From an uncultured Thermodesulfovibrio sp. (GTDB lineage: Bacteria > Nitrospirota > Thermodesulfovibrionia > Thermodesulfovibrionales > Dissulfurispiraceae), in the NCBI GenBank assembly GCA_964411065.1, contig CAYPJO010000001.1:9352-69312 (forward strand): a stretch of 59,961 nt of DNA, in the 5' to 3' direction. The notes under the pieces were generated by a model. It did not search any database. It saw nothing but the letters and a program-made list of their open reading frames with translations, and was not told where the DNA came from. The position numbers and the translations under genes are program-made. Below are positions 48,550 to 58,619 of this stretch, piece by piece. Position 1 is the stretch's first letter. Every line of letters begins with the position of its first letter.

Positions 48550-50070
48550 TTATTCTTCTTTTGTCTTACTTCCTTCGACACTCTCTATTTCCATCTTTAT
48601 GCTGAATCTATCAGCATTCATTCTTGCATCTCTAAATGTAGGAGATGCAAATTCAACATTTTTGAAAAAATTAGAGGCTTCCAGTTTTGGCAATATTTCC
48701 GTTGCAGAACCTGCATAGCCCTCTATTTCAACTACTTTTTCGGTTACTCTAAGCCTAGTTAACCATGCATTTTTTGGAATGATTGATGTGAATTCCTTTA
48801 TTATCATAAGAGTCATTTGCCTGTTACTCTTAAAGCCATTTATTGTCGCTATATCTTTGTTCAAATTTTCGATCTCCCTTTTCAGAGCCTCAACTCTTTT
48901 AACTTCATCTTTTTTTAATGATAATTGTTTATCAATCTCTTCGATTTTTTTATTTTCAAAGTAGAGTGGTGCTGAAAAATTTATCATTACTATGGATAAA
49001 AGAATTACCAATAATATTATAGTAAGGAAAATAGGTTTTTTCTGCTCGGGTATTTTACCCTTTGAGAGAAGATTAAAATTGTCAGTTTGATGTAGTAGTG
49101 AATCTATTGCGCAGCCAATTGATGAATAGGAAATTAGATCACTCTTAAAGCTATATTTTACTCTCCTTACAACCTCATCTAAGAAAATTACAGGCATGTT
49201 TAATATAGATTTGAAATTCTCTTTAAAGTTTTGATTATTTTCTTTAAAGTTAACATAAATTGATGGTTTCAAATCATCTTTATTACTGATAGCAATGATC
49301 CTTTTAATACCCCCAGACAATTCGGTGAAACGATTCTCGTCATCATCATGTTTGAATTTATGAGCAAAAAAGGCAATAGGTTTCGTTCGTAAAAAGAGTA
49401 CACCTTCATAACCTGTTTTATCTATTTCTACATAGAGGCTTGATAATGGTTTACAAGCATAATTTATAAAGCTTCCAGTTGCGGATAAGTTGAGTGTAAT
49501 TTTATGTACTTCTATACCTTTAGTAGCAAGCGCATCTATGTATGGCTTTAGAAGTTGAATTTTTGTTACAGCTAACAAAATTTTAATCTTTTCATCGGTC
49601 TCATCAATGATTTTGAAATCATAAAAAACGTCGTCTACCTCAAAGGGGGTAAGCCTGTCCATTTCATAGGAGACAACATTCTGTAAGTCCTCTTTAACAG
49701 AAGAGGGAAATTCTAATATTTTTGTTATTGCCCATGCCTTTGGGATACTCAAGGCTACTGATGAAAACTTTAGATTTTGTTCTTTTATAGTAAGTGCTAC
49801 TGTGGAAGCAAAAGATTCCAAATCTGTAGAGGAAGAATCAAAGGGATATTTTTTGGACCACAAAATCTTAAAATGGGAGAAGATTTTCATCACGCAACTA
49901 ATAATAAAATTATCTACTTCAAAAGATATGCTTAGACTCTTCTGAGGTAGAAGAAAATCTGAAAAGTCATACCACAGAGCTTTCCAAAATGGTGTTAAGA
50001 AACGTTTTATAGATGCAAATCTATCCAAACTTTGAGACGATAATTTCTTTAATGCTTCTGAACCTGTCAT
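48550..50070 (-). CDS. GspL-like protein (PilM-like cytoplasmic domain - TM - PilN-like periplasmic domain)
   Basis: Single central TM (PIFLTIILLVILLSIVMINF) followed by a PilN-type coiled coil and ferredoxin-like domain. Overlaps the gspK-like stop. Confidence 0.7.
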   Translation of the reverse strand: MTGSEALKKLSSQSLDRFASIKRFLTPFWKALWYDFSDFLLPQKSLSISFEVDNFIISCVMKIFSHFKILWSKKYPFDSSSTDLESFASTVALTIKEQNLKFSSVALSIPKAWAITKILEFPSSVKEDLQNVVSYEMDRLTPFEVDDVFYDFKIIDETDEKIKILLAVTKIQLLKPYIDALATKGIEVHKITLNLSATGSFINYACKPLSSLYVEIDKTGYEGVLFLRTKPIAFFAHKFKHDDDENRFTELSGGIKRIIAISNKDDLKPSIYVNFKENNQNFKENFKSILNMPVIFLDEVVRRVKYSFKSDLISYSSIGCAIDSLLHQTDNFNLLSKGKIPEQKKPIFLTIILLVILLSIVMINFSAPLYFENKKIEEIDKQLSLKKDEVKRVEALKREIENLNKDIATINGFKSNRQMTLMIIKEFTSIIPKNAWLTRLRVTEKVVEIEGYAGSATEILPKLEASNFFKNVEFASPTFRDARMNADRFSIKMEIESVEGSKTKEE

Positions 50071-51011
50071 GATTGCAAACGAGCAGGACTTTTATAATAA
50101 ATATAACGGTACTTGATGCTACCTTCTAACTGTACAACAGCAACAATAGTATAAGCTGATCTTTCCTTATTCTTAAAAGCTGAGGACTTAATAGTATAAG
50201 TAGGGGTATTAGGTATTTGGGAAATGAATCTGGAGCTCTCTTTGGGTAAATTTATACTCAATTTTTCTAAGGTAGTTAAGTCTGCCCTCTTACTAATTAT
50301 TTCGTCAACAATTTCTGGCGTCAGACCAGGGACTGCCAGTAGAATTTCCTTGGGAGCAGTTCTCAAGTTTATGGTACTGATATCGGAATAAATCGTTATG
50401 AAGTCCATTATACCTTTTTTCTCGCTATTTCCGTATAGAATTTCCTGGTTCATACCTTTTATTAATAAGAGCTCTTCTAAAGTATCGAATTTTGCGTTTT
50501 TTGCTTTATAGGGTGTTGGCAAACTCATGTAATAATCGCTCTCAGCTCCATTAAGTCTTCTTAGATCGTCGCTATCTTTCCAGTCCAAAATGGAGTCAAC
50601 AATTACTGATGCCGTTTCATCAGCTATCCCAAAATTAAGTAAAAGATTTTTTAATATTATAGCAGATAGGTCATTCAGATTGTTTATATTAATCTTTCCT
50701 GATTCATCCATGAGTCTTATAACAACTTGTCCATTAGGTAGTGATAGTGTATAAGGTGTTCCATCAACTCGCCAGACTTTTTTATTTTCTTCAAAAAACT
50801 TCTGTCCTCCGTGCTGATTCCTATAAAACAACTCAATAATCCCTCTTTCGATTCCAGCTTCAGCCAAATACTTTTTATTTACCTCCTCTCTAAAAGCTAT
50901 TGTAGCGTGCGTTTCCGTTCGTACTAATAAAGAAAAAGATATAGCAATAGCCATTAATATGGTTAAAACCCATAAAATAATGATTAAAATTATGCCCTTT
51001 TCATTTCTCAC
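50067..51011 (-). CDS. GspK-like minor pseudopilin
   Basis: N-terminus EKGIILIIILWVLTILMAIAISF. The size (314 aa) and an HhH-like region (TLEELLLIKGM) are typical of T2SS protein K. Confidence 0.78.
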   Translation of the reverse strand: MRNEKGIILIIILWVLTILMAIAISFSLLVRTETHATIAFREEVNKKYLAEAGIERGIIELFYRNQHGGQKFFEENKKVWRVDGTPYTLSLPNGQVVIRLMDESGKININNLNDLSAIILKNLLLNFGIADETASVIVDSILDWKDSDDLRRLNGAESDYYMSLPTPYKAKNAKFDTLEELLLIKGMNQEILYGNSEKKGIMDFITIYSDISTINLRTAPKEILLAVPGLTPEIVDEIISKRADLTTLEKLSINLPKESSRFISQIPNTPTYTIKSSAFKNKERSAYTIVAVVQLEGSIKYRYIYYKSPARLQS

Positions 51012-51032
51012 TTTTTTAAAAATTTATCTGCC

Positions 51033-51716
51033 TTATTTCCGATCACTTTTTTGTGGTCTAACCTCTTTTGATAACCCTGTACCATTGATATCTTGAGATA
51101 GAGGTATTCCAAAAGAAGATAGTGGTTTATTTCTGATAGAGATTATAAAATTCATGTTTATCTTTTTAGCTTCATCAAAAAAGTTTATAGCTACCTTTTC
51201 AGGTATTGAAGAGCTATCTGACCACTCATCGATCCATTGGCCTTCTTCTTCAGCAAGATCTTTATTGAAGTAGAGGAAAGATATGCCCTGTAGCCCATTT
51301 ATTAAGAGGGTTTTTCTTGGTTTATCAACCATGATTGTATTCTCTGTAACATAGAGAGCTTTTTTTGCCTTTAAGTCTTCCTCAATATTGTACTGAACCT
51401 TTACAAAGCCTCTATGCCCCTGCCAAACCGAAAAGTTTGAAGCAAATTGAAGAGAATCCTTTTGCCCAATAAAATATAGTCTTTGTTCTCCCTCCTTTTC
51501 ATAGGTCAAAGGTATTTGTGATTGGAGTTGGGCATCTATTATTTGTATAGTAGTTCTCAACCTTTCAAGAAATTCGATCTTCTTTTCAGCTTTTTCTATT
51601 GAACGGTGTCCAAGTCTCATGGCTCCGAACAGAATAAGCAAAATAATAGACAATAGAGTTATAGAGACCATCAACTCTAAAAAAGTGAAGCCTTTTTGAG
51701 ATGCTTTCGAGATCAT
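51033..51716 (-). CDS. GspJ-like minor pseudopilin (prepilin-type N-terminal methylation motif)
   Basis: QKGFTFLELMVSITLLSIILL prepilin motif. 227 aa. Confidence 0.65.
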   Translation of the reverse strand: MISKASQKGFTFLELMVSITLLSIILLILFGAMRLGHRSIEKAEKKIEFLERLRTTIQIIDAQLQSQIPLTYEKEGEQRLYFIGQKDSLQFASNFSVWQGHRGFVKVQYNIEEDLKAKKALYVTENTIMVDKPRKTLLINGLQGISFLYFNKDLAEEEGQWIDEWSDSSSIPEKVAINFFDEAKKINMNFIISIRNKPLSSFGIPLSQDINGTGLSKEVRPQKSDRK

Positions 51717-52102
51717 TGCAATATTTTAGCCACCGTTTTATAAGATTTAATAGTATAAGATTTATTACTTAATCTATCGGTCCAGCTTATAGTTAGATTA
51801 ACCTCCAACAAGCTAAATTGTAGGTTCTCTGTCCTATCTTTTAGTATTTCTACTACAGAAATATCTAATCTATGACCCCTGTTGGTGGTTTCTTGCCATG
51901 CGTCTTCTAATAGATCTTCACTTTGAAGTAGCTCTCTCATTTTCATTTCCGCTTGGATGAGTGCATGCACATAATCTTCTGACCTGGAGATGGCTCTTAA
52001 ATTAATCGAAAATAATTGTAAAATTACAGTAATTGCAATGCTTAATATGGAGAGAGCAACAACGATCTCAAGCAGAGTATATCCCTTGTTCACAAGCTTC
52101 AT
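51713..52102 (-). CDS. GspI-like minor pseudopilin
   Basis: NKGYTLLEIVVALSILSIA prepilin motif. 129 aa. Confidence 0.7.
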   Translation of the reverse strand: MKLVNKGYTLLEIVVALSILSIAITVILQLFSINLRAISRSEDYVHALIQAEMKMRELLQSEDLLEDAWQETTNRGHRLDISVVEILKDRTENLQFSLLEVNLTISWTDRLSNKSYTIKSYKTVAKILQ

Positions 52103-52614
52103 TTTATTGTAATTGTCCCTACTATAGGGTCAAGATGTATAGTTGCAACTCTTTTACTATCAAACAAAAGTATCGTACCACCCTCCACTCCTCCCGTAGC
52201 AGGAATCATAATCTGATATCTACCCCTTGAGATTTCAATCCCTAAGGAGTTAAAAACTCTTATATTTATATTAGCTGGGAAATCCTTTGATGTAAGACCT
52301 TCAATCCCATATTTCTTTGATTCAAAATCAATATAAAAAGCTTGATCTTCTCCTCTAAGTTTTGCAGTTGTTATAGTATATTTGATGGTAGCTGAGATTT
52401 CTCTAACTAAAGCATTGAATTTACTTGAAGGGAGGGTATTTGCAAAGAATACAGTAGATATGCCTAAAATCAGTAAAATTAAAACCAGTACAATTATTAA
52501 TTCTATTAGCATAAAACCTTTTTGATTAATTTTAGAAAAGTAAAAAGGACCTGCTAATAAAACGACAGAAGGACTCAATCTATTAATTCTATGAATAAAA
52601 GAGGAAAAGACCAT
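52099..52614 (-). CDS. GspH/FimT-like minor pseudopilin
   Basis: QKGFMLIELIIVLVLILL prepilin motif. Start placed at ATG 52614, just after the gspF stop. The longest ORF would overlap gspF by 47 nt. Confidence 0.6.
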   Translation of the reverse strand: MVFSSFIHRINRLSPSVVLLAGPFYFSKINQKGFMLIELIIVLVLILLILGISTVFFANTLPSSKFNALVREISATIKYTITTAKLRGEDQAFYIDFESKKYGIEGLTSKDFPANINIRVFNSLGIEISRGRYQIMIPATGGVEGGTILLFDSKRVATIHLDPIVGTITIK

Positions 52615-52618
52615 AATA

Positions 52619-53812
52619 TTAAAAGGGTATTTCTGTAATACTAAGGATTGCCATAAGCATTGCAATAACTATAAATCCTATTATTAGACCCATAAAGAGT
52701 ATCAAAAAGGGTTCAAGAAGACTAATAAATCTTTTTATGGTGAGTCTCAGGCTCTTTTCGTAAGTAATAGCTACTTTTATTAGCATATCGTCGAGTTGCC
52801 CCGTCTCCTCTCCAACTTTTACCATCGAAAGGGCAAGGTCTGGAAACATCTTTGTCCTTTGTAAAGGTATAAATACTCCCTGTCCTTCTTTAGCTCCCCT
52901 ATAGACCATGTCTACCTTCGACGCTATCAATTGGTTATTTATTACTTTCTTAGAATTATTAATAGCTTGTAAAAGTGGCACTCCGCTCTTAAGAAGTGTT
53001 CCCAATGTCCTACAAAACCTCACGGTTTCAAGTTTTATGATTATATCCTTGAACAATCTTAATTTTAAAGAATCCCATTTATATCTACCTGAAGGCTTTC
53101 TTATGTATAACTTTAAAAGGAAAAAACCAGATAAAATCAAACCACCTATTAACCACCAGAAGGACTTAAGGAAATCACTCACAGAGAGCAAAATTTCTGT
53201 AGGAAGGGGTAGAGCACTACCCATTTCTGAAAAAATAACAGAGAATTTAGGCAATACATATGTGAGTAAGATGATTATGGATATACTACCAGTAAATAGA
53301 AGAATAGTTGGATAAATCATTGCAGAAAAAACATGATCTTTAAGTTCCTGGGATGATTCAAGATATTCATTAAGTTTATCTAATACAACATTCAGAACTC
53401 CACCTGCTTCAGCTGCTTTTATCATGTTTACATAAATTCTTGGGAATATATCAGGATGTTTTTGTAGAGCCTCTGAAAAGGAATTACCCTCCCTTATAGA
53501 CTTTAAAATAGATTGGATTATTTTTTTCATATACCTATCCTCTGATATCTCAGAGAGGATATTAAGACTGCGATCAAGGGGTAGTCCTGCAGAAAGAAGA
53601 GAAGAGAGTTCAGAGGTAAAAACGATCAAATTACCCTTTTTTGACCTTAAGGATAAACCCTTTTTAACTTCTTCTTTTGAGATAGAAACCTTTAAGGGAA
53701 TATAGCCGGAGTTTCTAATCTTTTCAATAGCACTCTTTTCATCAGAAGCCTCTATGATACCTTCTACTATTGAACCCTGAAAAGAGGTGGCTTTATAAGA
53801 AAATATTGCCAT
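52619..53812 (-). CDS. gspF: Type II secretion / type IV pilus platform protein (GspF family)
   Basis: Two T2SS-F repeats, GEETGQLDDML motif, three TM segments. 397 aa. Confidence 0.9.
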   Translation of the reverse strand: MAIFSYKATSFQGSIVEGIIEASDEKSAIEKIRNSGYIPLKVSISKEEVKKGLSLRSKKGNLIVFTSELSSLLSAGLPLDRSLNILSEISEDRYMKKIIQSILKSIREGNSFSEALQKHPDIFPRIYVNMIKAAEAGGVLNVVLDKLNEYLESSQELKDHVFSAMIYPTILLFTGSISIIILLTYVLPKFSVIFSEMGSALPLPTEILLSVSDFLKSFWWLIGGLILSGFFLLKLYIRKPSGRYKWDSLKLRLFKDIIIKLETVRFCRTLGTLLKSGVPLLQAINNSKKVINNQLIASKVDMVYRGAKEGQGVFIPLQRTKMFPDLALSMVKVGEETGQLDDMLIKVAITYEKSLRLTIKRFISLLEPFLILFMGLIIGFIVIAMLMAILSITEIPF

Positions 53813-53824
53813 TACTTGGTCTGC

Positions 53825-55531
53825 CTATCTTATATAAGCTTCTGTTACATAAAGTCGCATCATTCTATGGCTATTGAAATAATAGGCATTTTTACCTATG
53901 GCATTCTCCATTATTTTAAGCCATATATGTTTATCATTATAAAAAGTTGGAATTATTATTTTCTCAAGTTTGCTATAGAGATCATCAGCATCCTTTTTAG
54001 GGTCTGCTATTGTATCTGGTGAGGGCCCAATTGACCAACCAGTATAACCCTCGATATGCCCTTCTATCCACCACCCATCGAGAACGCTAAAATTAGGGAC
54101 ACCATTATGGGTTGCCTTCATTCCACTTGTGCCTGAAGCTTCTAAAGGTCTCATAGGTGTATTTAGCCATAGGTCAACGCCCGAGACCATTTTTAATGCG
54201 AGATCCATATTATAATTTTTAAGATATGCTATTTTGATTTTATTTTTCAATTTTTCTTTGATCTCAAAAATTTGTTTTATTAACTGCTTCCCACCGTCAT
54301 CTTTCGGATGGGCTTTTCCTGCATAAATAATTTGAATTCTTCCTTCCCCAATCTGAACCAATCTCATAGGATCTGTAAATAAAAGATCAGCCCTTTTGTA
54401 GGCTGTTGCTCTGCGAGCGAAACCTATGGTCAAGGTGTCATAATTCATCCCTACCTGCGTTTCACGGTTTACATAATCTATAAGTTGTTTTTTTGCTTCC
54501 ATATGAGCTTCCCACAACTCCTCTGGAGGAATACGACCCACTCTCACAAATATTTCTGGTTCATTAGCCCAACCAGGTAGATATTTATCATACAGCTTCT
54601 TAAAACTATCACAAGTCCAGGTAAATGAGTGGACCCCATTTGTTATAGCATGTATTTCATAACCTGGGAACATACTTTTAGATACTTCTTTGTGTTTTTT
54701 TGCAACCCCATTTATATAGTTGCTCATGTTTATTCCTAAAATCGTCATGTTTAAGTATTCCCGCCCTGCAAATTCTTTTATAACACTTAGTGGTACTATT
54801 TCAGAGAGAGTTTTCTCCACAAGAGGATAAGGGAATCTATCATGACCTGCAGCTACAGGAGTGTGAGTTGTGAAAACACAGAGACTCCTGACCTTTTCTA
54901 CGTCCCAAATAAGCCTCTCATCCCAGACGCTTTCAATGTCTCTTTTATATCTCCTTAGCAATTCAAGGGTAAGGAAACTGGAGTGCCCTTCATTCATATG
55001 ATATTTCTTTATATCAAACCCTATTTCTTCAAGCATCCGTGTTCCCCCTATACCAAGAACAATCTCTTGTTTGAATCTGTAAAATAAATCGCCACCATAT
55101 AAATAATGAGTTATTTCTCTATCTTGAGGGTCATTTTCTGGTAAATCAGTATCTAAGAAAAGGACAGGAACTTTTCCCCCTGTAGCGCTTTCTACAATGT
55201 ATACCCAACAACCTATTAGTACATCTCTACCCTCAATCCTTACAATGACTTTCTCTTTAATGGGTGATAAATAGCTTGCAATATCCCACTCATCTGGAAA
55301 CTCAATCTGCCTACCAAATATATCAATGTCCTGTCGAAAGTATCCCTTTTTAGATAGAAGGGTCACAGCAACTAAAGGAAGCCTTAAATCAGCTGCAGAT
55401 TTAATCGTATCTCCTGCCAGCACCCCAAGCCCTCCACTATAGGTTGGAATCTCACTACGAATACCTATTTCCATAGAAAAATAAGCAATCTTTTGTTCTT
55501 TAGTAAAAGGCTCAAGGGACAGAAATTTCAT
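53825..55531 (-). CDS. Alpha-glucan phosphorylase (short, about 570-aa GT35 subfamily)
   Basis: PLP-lysine motif EASGTSGMKATHNG and N-terminal YFSMEIG...GGLGVLAGD. Confidence 0.9.
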   Translation of the reverse strand: MKFLSLEPFTKEQKIAYFSMEIGIRSEIPTYSGGLGVLAGDTIKSAADLRLPLVAVTLLSKKGYFRQDIDIFGRQIEFPDEWDIASYLSPIKEKVIVRIEGRDVLIGCWVYIVESATGGKVPVLFLDTDLPENDPQDREITHYLYGGDLFYRFKQEIVLGIGGTRMLEEIGFDIKKYHMNEGHSSFLTLELLRRYKRDIESVWDERLIWDVEKVRSLCVFTTHTPVAAGHDRFPYPLVEKTLSEIVPLSVIKEFAGREYLNMTILGINMSNYINGVAKKHKEVSKSMFPGYEIHAITNGVHSFTWTCDSFKKLYDKYLPGWANEPEIFVRVGRIPPEELWEAHMEAKKQLIDYVNRETQVGMNYDTLTIGFARRATAYKRADLLFTDPMRLVQIGEGRIQIIYAGKAHPKDDGGKQLIKQIFEIKEKLKNKIKIAYLKNYNMDLALKMVSGVDLWLNTPMRPLEASGTSGMKATHNGVPNFSVLDGWWIEGHIEGYTGWSIGPSPDTIADPKKDADDLYSKLEKIIIPTFYNDKHIWLKIMENAIGKNAYYFNSHRMMRLYVTEAYIR

Positions 55532-55814
55532 AAGCCGCTCCTTTAGAAAAAAAGAATTTTATCAAAGGTTTTAGAATATATAATAAATAAAAAATTTTTA
55601 TCTTTAGTCTCATGTTTAAAATTTTATTCAAAACCATATCTAATCAGAATCCTTAAACACTTCTTTATTCCTGCTTGCCTAATAATCCATCACTATCAGT
55701 TATTGAGGATAATTTTCTCCATTATTATCTTTTGTAGTATCTCCCTCTTCTTGCTCCTACATTTCGGTAAACTATTAGAAGAGATCAAAAAGCATTAAAG
55801 TAGCATTAAAGTAT

Positions 55815-56639
55815 TCACTTTTCTGATTCCCTAAGTTGATCAGCTCTTCTCAACAATTCTTTTAAAGCTACCCATCCATTCTCTGTAATGTTTAAAGAGT
55901 ATGAATTAACATAAAGGGAGATATGTTTTTCGATAACTTCGTCAGTCAATTCCTGCGAATATTTCTTAACAAAGGATATATTTTCTTTTGGGTTGTTAAA
56001 TGAATATTCTATACTCTTTATTATGATATCTTCGATGATTTTAATTGTATCATTTCCGAGCTCTCTTTTTGCAATTATACCCCCCAATGGTAGAGGCAGT
56101 CCGGTCTCCTTTTCCCACCATTCTCCCAGATCTATCAGCTTATGTAATCCATAATTCCGATAAGTGAATCTCCCTTCATGAATAACCACTCCAGCATCAA
56201 CTTTTTTATTAAGGATGGAGGGCAAGATCTCATTAAAAGGCATGAAGTTATATTTGATAGACTTCTTAGGGAATGCTTTTTTCAAAAAAAGCTTTAAAAG
56301 TAAGAAGGCAGTCGTCAGGTGGCCAGGAACAGCGATGTTTATTATACCTTCACTATGAAAGAGGTTTTGATGATTTGTAACAATTATTGGTCCACAACCA
56401 TATCCGAACGCAGCACCACAACTTAAGAATTGATAGTCCTTTTGCAAATAATAATAGGCATTAGTAGAGACCTTGGATATATCTAATTTTCTTGCTATAG
56501 AAAGCTCATTTAAGGTCTCAACATCTTCAATAATGAACTCAAAAGTAAACCCTCCTGAGTCTATTTTTTTTTCTACTAAAGCATAAAACATAAAAGTATC
56601 GTTGGGGCAAGGCGAAAAACCAAAGGTAAATCTTTTCAT
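55815..56639 (-). CDS. mqnD: 1,4-dihydroxy-6-naphthoate synthase (futalosine pathway)
   Basis: N-terminal GFSPCPNDTFMFYAL signature of MqnD. 274 aa. Confidence 0.82.
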   Translation of the reverse strand: MKRFTFGFSPCPNDTFMFYALVEKKIDSGGFTFEFIIEDVETLNELSIARKLDISKVSTNAYYYLQKDYQFLSCGAAFGYGCGPIIVTNHQNLFHSEGIINIAVPGHLTTAFLLLKLFLKKAFPKKSIKYNFMPFNEILPSILNKKVDAGVVIHEGRFTYRNYGLHKLIDLGEWWEKETGLPLPLGGIIAKRELGNDTIKIIEDIIIKSIEYSFNNPKENISFVKKYSQELTDEVIEKHISLYVNSYSLNITENGWVALKELLRRADQLRESEK

Positions 56640-56641
56640 TT

Positions 56642-57124
56642 TTAAAGTTTATAGCCGATCTTTCTTAAAAATTCTTTTCTCTTTGTTTTATCATCGTTAG
56701 CCTCTATACCCTTAGGTGGATAACCATCTATAACAGATACAATGCCATTACCTTGTTCTGTAGAGATTGTTATAATCTCAAGAGGATTAGCAGTTGCACA
56801 ATAGATAGAACAAATTTCCGGGCAACTTTTGACAGCATTAAGAATATTAATGGGATAAGCATTTTTTATAAGGATACAGAATATGTGTCCTACTTGCAAG
56901 TTTTGTAGGTTTGTTACACAAGTTTTTATCAGTTCCTCATCGTTACCTTCCGTTCTTATTAAGCAGGGACCTGAAGCTTCTGAAAAAGCTATTCCAAACT
57001 TTGCCTGCGGTACTGTAGTTGCTATGATCTCATAAAGATCTTCAATAGTCTTGATGAAATGTGATTGCCCTAATATAATATTGCAACCCTCAGGAATTTC
57101 AATCTTTACTTTTTTTAAATCCAC
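56642..57124 (-). CDS. Adenosine-specific kinase family protein (DUF355-type)
   Basis: 160 aa. The N-terminus VKIEIPEGCNIILGQSHFIKTIEDL matches what I recall for this family. Confidence 0.7.
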   Translation of the reverse strand: MDLKKVKIEIPEGCNIILGQSHFIKTIEDLYEIIATTVPQAKFGIAFSEASGPCLIRTEGNDEELIKTCVTNLQNLQVGHIFCILIKNAYPINILNAVKSCPEICSIYCATANPLEIITISTEQGNGIVSVIDGYPPKGIEANDDKTKRKEFLRKIGYKL

Positions 57125-57276
57125 AATAACCTCCTCCTTAGTAAAGATTAAGTATTGTAAGAAAGTTTTTTTAAGTTAACTGCTCTAACTTTATATCAAC
57201 ACCTCAATTAAAGTAAGCTTAATCAGACCCATAGATAAAAACGATAGTTTCACAAAATGCCAGGGGAGCTAAAAAT

Positions 57277-57963
57277 TTACCTCTCGCCAAATAAAGCTGT
57301 CCCAATTCTGACCATTGTTGCTCCTTCCTCTATTGCAATCTCAAAGTCATTAGACATCCCCATGGATAACTCCGGAAGGACAAAGCCTCTCTTTTGAATT
57401 TCATCTTTTAGTTCCCTTAATCTGCTGAAATATGGTCTTGACTCTTCTGGATCATCAAAATAGGGTGGCATAGTCATTAAGCCTTCAAGTTTAAGGTTTT
57501 CAAGTTCTTTTATCTTTTCAATTAGTGGAAATAATTGCTCTTCTAAGATTCCATGCTTTGTTGGTTCCTGAGATAACTTGACTTGAACAAGAATTCGTTG
57601 TAATTTATTGATCTTTCCAGCTTGTTTATCTAATTCCTGAGCAAGCTCAACAGAATCAACCGTATGAATTAGATCAAAAAGATGAACAGCATATTTAGCC
57701 TTATTTTTTTGGAGGGTCCCGATTAAATGCCATTGGATTTTTGCATCCTTGAATTGAGAAGTCAATTCTTCAATCTTCTTTCTTGCTTCTTGGACTCTGT
57801 TCTCACCGAAAATCCTTAAACCTATGTTAATAGCCTCTTTAATTATATCTGTATTTACTGTTTTGGTAACCGCAATTAGTTTGATATTCTCTGGATCTCT
57901 GCCTGAACGTATAGCTGATTCGCTTATCCTTTTAAAGATTCTTTTGGTATTCTCTAAAAGCAT
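57277..57963 (-). CDS. yggS: YggS-family pyridoxal-phosphate homeostasis protein
   Basis: PLP-lysine context LIAVTKT, HLIGTLQKNK, SMGMSNDF. Confidence 0.92.
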   Translation of the reverse strand: MLLENTKRIFKRISESAIRSGRDPENIKLIAVTKTVNTDIIKEAINIGLRIFGENRVQEARKKIEELTSQFKDAKIQWHLIGTLQKNKAKYAVHLFDLIHTVDSVELAQELDKQAGKINKLQRILVQVKLSQEPTKHGILEEQLFPLIEKIKELENLKLEGLMTMPPYFDDPEESRPYFSRLRELKDEIQKRGFVLPELSMGMSNDFEIAIEEGATMVRIGTALFGER

Positions 57964-58619
57964 TGTTAATTAGGGTTTAATTTTAATGAATAAATTCGAT
58001 ATAGTTTTAACCTGATATACAGATATAGAATATCAAAAAAATGAAAATTCTGCATCTCAACTTTGAAAAGGATGATACCATTCTGAAAAGCAAGGTAATT
58101 ATCGAATTTACGATTTATAATATTTGCCTAAAAAACAAATTGTTTTGTACTTAAATAAAATCGAAACATTGTTTAAAGACATCAGTGGTTATATAAGCAA
58201 CTTTTTTCCTTAAAAGAAAATATACAAATACATATATTACCTTGAGAAAAAAATAATAATTTAAGTAATCACTTTTAAATTTTTGGTTTAACTGTTTTTT
58301 TTAGCTTACACTATAAGAGATCACAATTAAGGAGTTATAAAAATACACATAATCTTTACCTGAGATTGCTTCGCCTAGCTACCAAGGAAAATTGAACACT
58401 TACAGTGGACAATAGTTGCTTAAAGCATTAGTAAATTTGATGAAATCTCTTCCAAAAGAGAGGGAAATGAATACTGTAATATATTTCTCAAAAAGATATG
58501 TTATAAACAGCATTTAAAGTAGCAATTTTTAACTCTCTAAAGCTGACAAAATTTAGTATAAGGCTCTTTTGCTATTTTAGTCTCTTTATATTCCAAACAT
58601 TAAACTATAATATTAAGAA

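Noticed and set aside
52615-52665. Longer start for the GspH-like gene
   Set aside because: It would overlap gspF by 47 nt and add an implausibly long prepilin leader. ATG 52614 follows the gspF stop directly. Even this leader is long, so the exact start remains uncertain.
58041-58154. 37-aa plus-strand mini-ORF (MKILHLNFEKDD...) in the spacer downstream of pilC
   Set aside because: It has no RBS and no recognisable motif, and it lies in stop-poor AT-rich sequence where such ORFs arise by chance.
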